From: Zygnema circumcarinatum SAG 698-1b
Taxonomy: Eukaryota > Plantae > Zygnematophyceae
Assembly (NCBI GenBank): GCA_037447605.1
Contig: CM074816.1
Span: 1,516,525-1,580,524, forward strand
DNA: 64,000 nucleotides
Direction of reading: 5' to 3'
Shown here: positions 24,425 to 39,900 of the stretch, in pieces
How the letters are laid out: each line of letters opens with the position of its first letter
Position numbering within the stretch: the stretch's first letter is position 1
The notes under the pieces: generated by a model
The model's database searches: none
Told to the model about the DNA's origin: nothing
What the model saw: the letters and a program-made list of their open reading frames with translations, nothing else
Program-made: the position numbers and the translations under genes

Positions 24425-24563
24425 TCAACTCCACCCATTCAACCCCTCCTCCAATCCTCCTCCTCCCCTCCAGCTCTCCGTCCATTGTACCTGCCAGAAT
24501 CAGTACCCCGCATCCAACACTCAGCCGCCCGCCCAAGCCCACCATTTCCGGCCCCCTTCCCAT
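13360..24563 (-). CDS. Multidomain probable secreted protein: ricin-B lectin x2 / papain-family C1A protease / EGF x2 / LysM x4, ~980 aa, ~20 exons (5' exons tentative)
   Basis: Phase-consistent exons. Tentative: 24563-24491, 23398-23348. Supported: 23021-22977, 22473-22360, 20670-20518, 20342-20121, 19859-19740, 19575-19438, 19090-18872 (CLDV/CLDG, QLW ricin motifs); 18414-18262, 17978-17731, 17622-17482, 17198-16988 (LPASVDKR..KDQGVCGTC, HTVLVVGYG, WLIRNSFG); 16639-16493, 16049-15909 (NPCG.G.C..Y.C.C EGF); 15123-14993, 14802-14707, 14450-14337, 13934-13749, 13611-13360 (YTVQTGDTC, YSVQPGDTC..LNPGLVC LysM). Confidence 0.85.
15369..15862. repeat. 52-bp tandem minisatellite (~9 copies), intronic
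   Basis: Unit AAACCCTGAAGACCCTTAAACCCCCTGCACTATAGAAACCCCAATCACTCTA repeats nearly perfectly, with one short internal duplication near 15680. Confidence 0.95.
16130..16465. repeat. (GA)n microsatellite, intronic
   Basis: Visible GA run between the two EGF exons. Confidence 0.95.
20720..22345. repeat. ~1.6-kb C-rich low-complexity tract ((CCCCCT)n-like) inside an intron
   Basis: Almost entirely C/T with a recurring CAGCCATCCCC motif. It lies between ricin exons 22473-22360 and 20670-20518. Confidence 0.95.
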
Positions 24564-24931
24564 CCCTTCCGTGTACGGACGCTCCCACACTCGATAGAGG
24601 TGGTGCGAGAGAGAGAGAGAGAGGGAGAGAGAGAGAGTGTGAGGGAGAGTGAGAGAGAGAGAGCTAGAGAGATGGAGTGTGAGAGGAGTGTGAGAGGAGT
24701 GTGAGAGGGGTGGGTAAGAGAGCGTCTCTGCCTCCCTCCCTCCCTCCCTCTGTCCCTCAACCGAAGTCGTTGCCTACCTCCCTCCCTCTCTCCCTCGTTG
24801 GCGCCTCTCCCTCGCAACTTCCTCGTCCGTACACGGTCCCGCCCGGTCTCACTGCCACGTGCACAATTTTTCGCCACGAGGCGACTTCTCCTTGCCCACG
24901 CTCGATCGTGTTTCGCAAATGAACAAAACAA

Positions 24932-25722
24932 GGAAAATGCTATATTATTCACTCCTTTTTTGTCTACACACAGACTTTTTTTCGCCGGGCAGGTTCTATT
25001 TTGGAAAAAAGAGGATTAAAAACGAAAAATGTTTTTTCTCACCTCTTTGGAATCGATACACACTTTGTTCTGGCGGGCGGATTGCGTCGCAGATCGCACC
25101 ATGGCAGATCGCCGTTCGATCTGCAGCTGGGCTCCGTCCCAGCGAATGGCACGCGGCCACGTGTCCAACCCAAACCGGCTCGAAGATCCGTACGAGAAGT
25201 CGTATGATCGCAGCTTCGAGGAAAGGCGAGATTTCGTACATTGCGAGCTTGGTCCAATCACAATTTGCCACGTCTATTAAAAAAGCACGTGACACATGGT
25301 GATTGGTCCAAGCTCGCAATGTACGGTATTTCGCCTTTCCTCGAAGCTGCTATAATACGACTTTCGTACGGATCTTCGAGCCGGTTTGGGTTGGACACGT
25401 GGCCGCGTGCCATTCGTTGGGACGGAGCCCGGCTGCAGATCGAACGGCGATCTGCCGTGGTGCGATCTGCGGCGCAATCGACGGCGGGGATTGAACATAC
25501 GTGTGAAGGACGCACACCCGCGAACGATCTCGTGGCGGACGGATCCTCCGCTACGAGCGGATTGTGAAATAAAATCTGCCCGCCGGAACAGGGTGTGTAT
25601 CGATTCCAAAGAAGTGTGAAAAAAACATTTTTTGTTTTTAATCCTCTTTTTCCTAAATTAGAACCTGCCCGGTGAAAGAAGGTCTGTGTGTAGACAAAAA
25701 AGGTGTTAATATTGCATTTTCC
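24932..25722. mobile_element. ~790-bp foldback (long-TIR MITE-like) element
   Basis: Left arm 24932-~25270 is the reverse complement of the right arm ~25295-25722, which carries a ~90-bp insert at ~25490-25580. Termini are GGAAAATGC...GCATTTTCC. Flanks AACAAAACAA / CAAAAAACAA match 8/10. Confidence 0.8.
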
Positions 25723-26358
25723 CAAAAAACAATTCACCGTTGGTCACTAAACGACAAATCTATCCAACCGCCACTGCCGGCCAAAGCCTGCCGCGAATTT
25801 CCACTATGGCGCGATCTGCGGCGGCAAACATGTCGTTTTGTTATCTTGTCTCTTTGTCGTTTAGAAGCGCCTACCACCTTTGGTAAACTGCTCCAATGAG
25901 TGAAGGCCACGTGGCGCAAAGTCCACTTGATGCCACATGTGAGTCCAATTATGAGAATCGTTAGTCAACGTGGCATCCTTTGATTGCTGGAATCTCGGGT
26001 GTGTGAGCTGGAGCATGCCCCAAATCGAATCTTTCATACGGCACTCGGCTAGCCGACAATTTTGACCGGACAGTCCGACCGACCATATGTGACACGTGGC
26101 CTCAAACGACTCGCGGCACGACCAGCCCGCCGGTCCGCGACATTTTTTCGTACGGCAGATCTTCTGGGATTTCGTACTACGCTCGAGAGCGTTCCATGTG
26201 GTCCAGTGCTGTTGGCTGAACGATCTTGGAAGTAACGCAGTTCTGTTCTCGGAGGGTAAACCCACAACGCCACGCTTGACAACACGGAAACACTTGTTTT
26301 CCCGTTGTTTCATGAATAGCGATAACGGAACTAGCGTCATGTGTAAGCCCTTTCTATG

Positions 26359-27519
26359 GGAGAACTATATACCGCCCCCCTTTTTTGGTTATCCCGCCAC
26401 TGTTTTTTTGAAATCCGACCCTCCCATTTCGGCTATTCTGCCCCCCTCCCCCATTTTGGATATTTCGGGAGGAGATCGCCCCCCTGTTTTGAATATTTCA
26501 TTCCCGCCCCCTGCCCTCCCCCTCCCCTTCCCTCCCCTTCCCTGCCCTCCCCCTCCCCTTCCCTCCCCTTCCCTGCCCACCCCTCCCCTCCCAAGAGAGA
26601 GAGAGAGAGAAAGAGAGAAAGAGAGAGAGAGAGAGCAGAGTGAGAGCAGGGGAGAGAGACTACAGGAGAGAGAAGAGAGAGAGAGCAAAGGAGCGAGAGC
26701 CGAGGAGAGAGAGTATAGAGGAGAGAGAACGAGCAGAGGAGTGAGAGTAGAGGAGAGAGAGACTAGAGGAGAGAGCAAAGGAGAGAGAGAATGAGCATAG
26801 GAGAGAGCAAAGGAGAGAGAGAGAGTGAGTAGAGTGAGAGCAAAGGAAAGAGAGACTAGAGGAGAGAGAGCAGGGGAGAGAGAGAGAGAAAGAGAGAGAG
26901 AGAGAAGAGAGAGCAAGCAAGCAAGCCAACCATTACATCATGACAGAGCTTCACACCCACCAAAAGAAAAAGGATAAAAAGAGAATAAAAAGTTCCTAAA
27001 TATAGAAAAACTCGCAAACCGAGAGGAAGAAGGGAAGGGAGGGGTGGGCAGGGGAGGGGAGGGGAGGGAAGGGTAGGGGAGGGGAGGGGTGGGGAGGGAA
27101 GGGGAGGGGAGGGGAGGGGTGGGCAGGGGAGGGGAGGGCTCTCTCTCTCCTCTGCTCTCTCTCCTCTAGTCTTTCTCTCCTCTACTCTCTCTCCTTTGCT
27201 GTCTCTTGTGCTCTCTACTCTAGTCTCTCTCTCCTTTGCTCTCACTCATCTGCTCATTCTCTCTCTCCTTTGCTCTCTCCTGTGCTCTCTACTCTAGTCT
27301 CTCTCTCCTTTGCTCTCACTTTGCTCACTCTCTTTCTCTCCTTTACTCTCTCTCGAACGTTGCGCTGATGTGTGCTAGGGAGAAAACGGGGGGGAAATAT
27401 CCAAAATGGGGGGGGCGGGATATTTCAAAACAGGGGGCAGAATAGCCGAAATGGGAGGGTCGGATTTCAAAAAAACAGTGGCGGGATAACCAAAAAAGGG
27501 GGGCGGTATATAATTCTCC
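26359..27519. mobile_element. Non-autonomous Mutator-like element (MULE), copy 1
   Basis: ~85-bp TIRs GGAGAACTATATACCGCCCCCC... / ...GGGGGGCGGTATATAATTCTCC. Perfect 9-bp TSD CTTTCTATG at 26350-26358 and 27520-27528. Confidence 0.93.
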
Positions 27520-28210
27520 CTTTCTATGTTCTGTTTACCGTTGTTCACAAAATAACAACAACATGCTAACAAACAACAACATGGTAACAATGTTGTTTTA
27601 TTCGTTTCAGAGCAAGTAACACTTGAAACAAACACTAAAAGCCCAACAGAGTGAATGCGTCCCTTCGCACTGGTGTTGCTCCTCTTGAGGGTCAAGTGAT
27701 CAAGTTCAACAATTGTATCTCTGTGTCATCAGTTTGACTGAACTGAAACAAGTCACAAGTGACATGCGTACTTATACGGTCGACATGAAGTCCTATCTTT
27801 TAGCCATGAACTCACGGCCTCCTCCTCAGCCATGACGAACTAAAGTTCTGCTGAAATACAATAGGGAAGATGTGATGTGGCATTAATCTCGCGATGGCGA
27901 TGATGCATCATGCCATCAAATGTACATGCACAACACACACCACCAGCAGTATGGGAAACCACGAGGAACTAACTGGGCGCAAAGGACCCAAAGGACAAAA
28001 AGAAAAAAGGGGTACAAAAGAATGCTTGAAAGAATGAACTTAGCTTCCTAGACGAGCTTCGATTTAAAAAGAAAGAACTTGAAAGACAGGAAAACAGACA
28101 ATACTAATAAGCAATACTGAAATGGTCTAACCCTACAGATTCCTAAAACCCTAAAATTATAGAGCCGTAAACCCTAAAGGACCGAAAAAATTGAAATGAT
28201 GAGGATGAGG

Positions 28211-30267
28211 CTACGAAGTTTGCTTGTCTCCCCCCGCCTCCTCTTCCACATGCTTTATGGTCGTTCGAATGCATCCTGCACCATGCATACATGCATGCAT
28301 GCATGCATGCCGTACAGGTTCAACGTACGGATTTAAGTAAAGGGAAGGCGCAGCAGCAAAAGAAGTTGCAGGTTTACGATCAATAGAAATTTTTTATCGG
28401 GGTTCGGTCTAATTTAAAACCTTCCAAGTGGGGAAGGGTTTGAACTCACCGTCCACTGCTTCAAATCGGAGCTCCTTCCGAGAGTCAAGTCTGCTGCTGA
28501 ACTCAAATCTGCATACATTAAATTGGTTATTTTTATTGAAGTTTGGTCCTTTCGTAAAGCTTTCATGAAATGGACTAGGTATGATCAGATGATCACTTCA
28601 AAATGGAAGGGGGAGGGCGGGGAGAGAGAGGGAAGCGGGATAGAGAGAGGGAGGGATAGAGGGAGGAGAGAGGGAGGAGAGTGGGAGGAGAGAGGGAGGA
28701 GAGAGGGAGGAGAGAGGGAGGAGAGAGGGAGGAGAGAGGGAGGGGGAGAAAAATGGGGAGGAGAGAGAGGAAAGACAGAAGTAGAGAGGGGGGGCCATAG
28801 CATGTGAAAGTGGGAGACGAAGAGTGGCCAGAGGCAACAAAAGGACTGAACTTTGCTCCCCTTTGCCTAACTGCACCAATTCAACAAAAGCACCAAAGCA
28901 ACAGCTTAAAAGACAACAAAAACGCACATGTTGGAGAAGGAGACGTTCAGTTCTGCTCCGAGTTTCTTTGTCGCTTCCATGAGCACAGTTACGATCTCCG
29001 TTTTCCGTGTGCTCGCCAGCAGCATGTCGTACTCTCCGTTCACTACAACGGCAAAGAAATTGTCGTTAAGTTCGCTGAGACGGAGCGAGTCGACCTTCTG
29101 CAGGGCAACCCTCCGCTTGCTCTGAAACGTGTCCGGCTGAAGGAGGTAGAGAGAGGTCTCGGAGAGCACGAGGAGGCGCCTCTTCACTCGGAGCTCCTCG
29201 CTCACCTTCACCACTCGGTCCGCGAACAGCACGGCGGTATCACCTGCGAGAGCCTCTCCGTGACATTAGGGAGAGAGAAAGGAGGAGGAGAAAGGGGGAG
29301 AGAGCGAGTGGGGGGAGGGAGAGGAAGTGAGGGAGAGAGCGAGGGAGGAGGAGGGGGAGGACAGAGCGAGAGATCCTCTCCCGGGGCGAGGGAAAGAGGG
29401 TGGGGGGAGCAGAGAGAACGAGCCCTAACCCTAATCGTAACCCTAACCCTAACCCTGATCTATCCCTAACCCTCTCACTGACCTTTACCTAAACCCGAGC
29501 CCCAACCCTAACCCTGACCTTAACCCTAGCCCTAGCCCTAACCCTAATCCTAAATCTAACCCTAACCCTAACCCTAGCCCGAACCTCCGCTCACTCTCCC
29601 TCTCCTCACCTGCTTTCAGAAGCAAGCCTAACCCTAATCCTAACCCTAACCCTAATTCTAACCCTAACTACAACCCTAACCCTAACCCTAACCCTAAGCC
29701 TAACCCTAACCCTAACCCTAACCCAAACCTCCACTCACTCTCCCTCTCTTCACCTGCTTTCAGCAGCAAGCCTAACCCTAATCCAAACCCTAACCCTATA
29801 CCTAACCCTGCCCCTAACCTTAACCCTAGCCATAACCCTAACCCTGACCCTAACCCTAACCCTAACCCTAACCTTAACCCTAACCCTAACCCTAACCCTA
29901 ACCCTAACCCTAACCCTAACCCTAACCCTAACCCTAATCCTAACCCTAACCCTAACCCTAACCCTAACCCTAACCCGAACCCTAACCCAAACCTCCGTTC
30001 ACTCTCCCTCTCCTCACCTGCTTTCAGCAGCATGGTTATCACCGCATGGTTAGTAGCCACCTGCACATAGTCGCCATGGATGCTCTTCAGCGCTCTCTTC
30101 CCCTCCCTCCCTCTCCCTCCCTCTCCCTCTCCCTCGCCAGCAGTGCTCTCAGGGAAGGATTGGTAGAAATCCCCCTCGTCCTCTGAAATGGATGGCATGG
30201 GCATGCCATCCGTGCCCATGCCATCCGTGCCCTCCCCAATGCCCTCCTCCTCCCCATACTCCCCCAT
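28211..30267 (-). CDS. Myosin tail homology 1 (TH1) domain protein, plant 'myosin heavy chain-related' type; exons 30267-30018, 29243-28928, 28508-28450, 28275-28211
   Basis: [86 protein letters not shown] matches the TH1 family. Phases are consistent. An extra 5' exon is possible. Confidence 0.88.
29426..29990. repeat. Interstitial (CCCTAA)n / TTAGGG-type array in intron 1 of the TH1 gene, interrupted by copies of the exon-intron junction
   Basis: Visible hexamer array with two embedded ~45-bp copies of the exon 1 donor region. Confidence 0.93.
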
Positions 30268-31608
30268 GGCTCCAAGCAAGGCGGTGAACTGCCACTGTAA
30301 GTACTATTGGCTTGGCATTTGCTTTTTTTTTTTTTGCTCCCAGAAGTTTAAGAGTGTGGGGATAGGTCGGAGTTTTTTTTTTTTTGTATGCAGTTCTATG
30401 TGATTGCTAGCTGGAGAGAGGTATAGGTTTCAGAGCAGGAGGGGTTTAAGGAGGTGAGGGAAATAAAGGGTTGAGGGCCGCCAACTGTTCAGAAACGGAC
30501 AGGCCTCGACCGAAAGTGTACGGATCCTAAAAGCTGAAAGTTACTACGGTAACGCGTGAAAGGTCCGAACTGAGGCGTTCTATGCGTCATGTGACGAAAG
30601 TAAATTGTTCCGTCAAACTATTTCGAATTTTGGAGATTTTGAACAAGCATAGAAACTTGCCTTCGTTGCCAAAATACTGAGCTCAAAAGTCAACATCAAA
30701 TTAAAACTCGCTTTTCACAGAAAAATCAAAATTCACACTTCAAGTTAAATTAAAATCTGAATTTTGAATTTCTTGAATTTGAATCGATAGCACTCAACAT
30801 CTTTTTCTAGGGTTTCTAAAGCATCTGGAGTCCGTACAGTTTCTAGGGTTCTGAGGGTTACCGCAGTCTGCAGAGTTTTAGGGTTTCTAATTTTTCAAAG
30901 CCTGAAGGGATTGTCACAGCTTTGGGGAAGCACTCACGACAGTTTCAAATTTTTTTTTTTTTTTGAAAAAAAATGCAATGAACCGGCCACACATTAAAAG
31001 CCACGTCCCCTCCAGTTTATAATACAAATCCGTGCAAGAGGATAAAATCACCTTCTCGAACGTAAGTTTTTGAACCGGCGGAAAACAAACCAACGACTCA
31101 ACCATTTATTTTACCACCAATTCCAATGTACCTATTTACAAATTACATCATCTATATCCCACTATATCATAATATAGCCCTCCTCCCTCTCCCACTCCCC
31201 CTCCCCCTCCCCCTCCCCCTCCCCCACTCCCACTCCCACTCCCACTCCCACTCCCACTCCCACTCCCCTCTCCCCCTCCCNNNNNNNNNNTTCCCCCTCC
31301 CCCACTCCCACTTCCCTCTCCCCCTCCCCTCCTCCCCTCCTCTGCTCCTCCCTCCCCCTTCTCCTCTCCCTTTCCCTCTCCCTCTTCCAGTCTCCCCTTC
31401 CCCTTCCCCTCCCCTCCCTCTCCCCTCCTCCGCTCCTCCCTCCCCTTCCCTTCTCCACTCCCACTCCCCCTCTCCCTCTTCCATCTCCCCTTCCCCCTCC
31501 CCTCCCCTCCCACTCCCCTCCTCCGCTCCTCCCACTCCCCTTCCCTTCTCCCCAGCCTCTCCCCTTTCCCCCTCCCTCCCTCCCTCCCTCCCTCCCTCCC
31601 TCTCTCTC

Positions 31609-35640
<4,032 letters not shown>

Positions 35641-36996
35641 TGCTGCCACGTGTCGCAACCGGAGGCCTCCCTTCCCTCCCTCCCTCCCTCCCTCCACTCC
35701 ACTTCCACTCCTGCCAATTGGCAGACCGAATTTTGCATCAAGTGGTAGGACTGACGAGGGCCCCCGTACGGACATGTATGGACGTTACGGACATCGTATC
35801 GCGATATATCGTCAGTTATCCAAGTCATACATATTTTGACGACATAATATCAAAATGTATCGATATTCCGTCCCAATATATCTTCAAACACCGACATGCG
35901 ATATATCCAAATATGTCGTATCGGAATCTATTTTTTGATATCTCGCATCGCAATGTATCTTAATATATCATATCGAGGATTATTATAAAATATTGGTTGG
36001 AGATATATCGTTTAAATTCCGTATCGAAATATGCAGTATGATATTTCGTCACAATCTATTTCAATATATTGTATCCCGGTCCATATTCTAATTTCGCATC
36101 GTCACCTACCTTGTCTGTATCGTATCGAAATATTTTCAGAATATCGCATTCTAGTATATCTAATAACGTATCGCGACTTGTTCCGAATATCGAATCGCGA
36201 TATATCTTGAAATCATCGTGACGCGTGACTGCGGAGCGGCGTCGGACGGGGTCCCCTGGTCGTACGAAATGTACGGAATCGGTGGCCGCTCCTCGTGGTT
36301 TCACCGCGGGGAGGGGGAGAGGCCGGGCCGGGGCCCGGGGGGGGAAGGGATGGGGTCGGGGCCCGTGCTGCGAGGGGCGGAGGGAGGTTCGGGATGGCAT
36401 GAAATTAGGGTTGGCATTGGACGCTATGGAACCGCTCCTTGGCCGTGCGAGACAACCTTCAAGCACGATTCGATGTCTGTAGGGGGCGCTAATAATAAAA
36501 CATGGCAGATTTGATGACTGTGCTGCCAACCGCCACCGTCTGCGCTCAGACAATGAGAGACTGGCTCGTTTCCTTCGTGCTTGAGTCCTCTGTGACCAAC
36601 CCCTCGTGGTTCCCCATTGCTTAATGGCTTTTATTTGTCTTTGTAAATTTGGATGGCATCGCCGGTGTGAGATCAATACATCATTTCTTTGTTTTTTCAA
36701 ACACTATGAAATCATACACAATATGTGAAGAGTAATATTATCCAATCCCTTCACTCCGCGCTCGTCCTCAACCATGCTGCTTCTTCTACCTGTCCCAATT
36801 CTGACTCCAGCAATTTCCTTCTCAACACCACTATAAGCTTCCAAAATTATTCCAAAAATATATAATCTTGCAAACTGAAACTCTCATTAACTTCAGATAC
36901 CCAAAAACCCTAATTTAACTTACTTAACCAGCCAATTCTTTGAAGCCCTCCGACCCATCAAGACTTCCTCTATGTCGTCGTAATCCTTCGTCTCAT

Positions 36997-39900
36997 CTAT
37001 CGAACGAAAGGCTTCTGAGAAATAGGAGGAATGAAGGATTCCCCTGAATTACTCGAGTACGCAAATGGAATTTCGATTGCCGTTAGGGTTTCATCTTCCT
37101 CAGGGAGAGGGAGAGGGAGAGAAGAAGGGCCGCTGCTAAGGCCGGCGAGGGCAGTCTCAAGCTGTCGCGTCACGTCCGCCATGGACGGCCTTGCTTCAGA
37201 GTCATCTCTTGTGCACATCTGCGCGACCTCCACCATCGCTTGCATGGCCGCCATGGAGTAAGCTCCGGTCAGCTTTTCGTCGACAATTTCGCTTATCCGG
37301 CCTTGATTGACAAGAGGGAGTGCCTGTAATAGGAAGGAAATAGAACGCAGACAGATTTTCGAATCATGACATTCTTGAGAAAACAGAATACATCTTGCTT
37401 TTAGTAATCATTAGCAAGGGCATTAATAGCCGATTGGCTATTCTAACTCAAAAGAACTCATTTCAATTTTCTTTGGATCAAGCTAATGGTGATGCATGGC
37501 GAAATCTAGCATCAGAAAAAGAAGCCGAGGACGAAAAAGTAGCAAGAAAAGAAACGGCAAGAAACCAACCGCCAAACCATAGAAATCTTAAATTTTTCAA
37601 ATATGAAATGCCGGCGATAGCTTACCCATCTTTTGACATGAACCACTCTCGCACTCATAGCAAGGTCTTCATCTTTGAATATTGCTCTTTTCCCAGTGAT
37701 GAGCTCCCAAAGCACAACTCCAAAGCTGCAAACCGTGCTCGGTACACTTGTTATCAAAAGGTGCCTTCCAGCAATTTCATAAGTTTCTATCGACAAGTTT
37801 TGCCTGTTTAAGTGTAAAACTGTAATAAGAAAACAATGAGAATCCCAGAAGTATAACTTTTGGCCTCAATTCAATTTAACTTCTGTTCGCTTCGATCTTC
37901 AACCCCCAAAAACACTAAAAATCGCTTCAATCTTCACTGCACAGTATTACAGGTGGAATCTGAGCCGTCCAAACCTCCGAGCCTTGCAGATATTCATACA
38001 GAACACATGTACGGATTAGGGTTTGCAGGTTGGGCTGGACTTGCCTGTACACGTCAGACTTTGTGGATACTTGAGCAGGGGCTCTGATCTGGGGGTCCAA
38101 ATACCTGCCATCAAAGGTAAAGGGTTATTAGGGTTATTATTATTAGTTATCAACTAGTGGTGGGCCAGATAATTACGACAGAAAACTCTAATCGCAGTAT
38201 GATAACTTGGCGTTCAGGGTTTAGAGTTCAGGAATTTGGTCGTGGTTAGGGTTTTGGAAGGAGGGCTATCCCTCAAAGTTCAACAATCCAATCTCTGAAC
38301 CTCCTCTAAAACACGGTTTTGATTTACAATGAAACTAGAAGCATATGGATATGTAAATAAGGTCAGACCTAACCAAAGACGTCAACATTCAGCGCTATTC
38401 TAAGTGTCGTGAAGTTCTAGAAATTTTCAGGGTGTTATTTGTTGATGTAGGTTTTAAAAAGTTTTTTGAATCTCTGGTGAAGTCTTACCCTATTGTTCCC
38501 GCAGGGGCTGTGGCAAATGTAGAAAGGTCAACCTTCTGCGGAAGTTTTCTGATAAGACCAAAGTCTGCCACTTTTGCCTGTAACAAAAGGAAATTGTCCT
38601 TAGACTAGTTCGATTATTTTCACATGAAGAAAAGACTTAGCGATTTGACGTTCGTTCCAATGAGAATGTAAAGCTTTCAAACCAGAAAAAATCTCATGTT
38701 CCCTCATATGTGCAATTCAAAGGGTTCAGCAACTACCTCCATTTCCAGCGTGAGGAGGATGTTTTCGGGCTTTATGTCGCGATGTACGACCGGCTCCTTT
38801 GTAAAATTGTGCAAATAATGGAGGGCTCGAGCAACCCCAATCGCAATGTTAAGACGCTCTTCAAAAGTGAGGAGCGAGGAGCCCGATTCTGCGATACCAT
38901 GAATATAGCAAGAATGAAGCAAGAAGAAAAAAATTGGAAACTATAACATGAATGTAGGATGAATGTAGGATGAATGTAGCATGAAAGAATTACATGGCAT
39001 CAATCTAACACGAGTACAGCATGTTCAAATTTGTCGATAACCAATGTTGAATCTTGAGCAAAACGTATGTTTTAAGGAGGGCAACATCCGGCGACTCAGG
39101 CATTGTGAATAGTGGCTGGGAAAATGCTTAAGTACTGTTTTTAAGTGTTATAACTCGTCTGTACCTTCAAGTTTGTAGGTCTTCGGATGCTTTGATATGC
39201 AGAAAGGCAAAAGACGATAGAAAATTTCTTAAAAATTTGTAATTTGCCTTTTGTATTAATTTTTTTCTAAATTTTTTTTTTTTTTTCGCGAATGCTTCAC
39301 TCACCCGCCTGAGCATCAAGATGTTGTCGGAGAGTGCCGTTTTCCACATATTCGTAAACGAGAATGTGTTCCCCCCCTTCACTGCAGTAGCCCAATAGAG
39401 CCACCAAGTTCTTATGGCTCATGGTTGCGAGAAGTCTCACCTGCAATGGCACAAAAAATCCAAAGTTGACAAGCTACAATCATGAGCACGAAAAGTAGAC
39501 AGTAGGAAGGTATGGGCTAATTCAGCAGTTTTGACTATGACCTAAGGTTGGTTGAAGGTGAAAACATTAAGCTTCAGATCAGAACCTCACCTTGACAACG
39601 CAACAGCCTGCTTTTTTCTAAAACAACTCACCAGATTATGAATTAAGGTTTTAGGGTTTTTAGGGTTTTTAGGGTTTTTAGGGTTTTTAGGGTTTGACCC
39701 TCGACATCAGCCTAATCATTGCTCCGTCTGGCCACTATTTTCGAATCATTTATGTCCATTGATGTGAAGCTGAAAGTACAATGGTCCATCTTGAAAGTAT
39801 AATGAACATTAGAGCAATTCATTTGAAAGATTGATGAGGTGTCCCAAGAGAAATTTTGAGTTTCTGTCGATCAAAGCGGTTGGAGGGGTCTAGGGTTTCA

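Noticed and set aside
29668-30010. GLGLGL... extension of the TH1 exon 1 ORF
   Set aside because: Read-through of the donor into the TTAGGG array.
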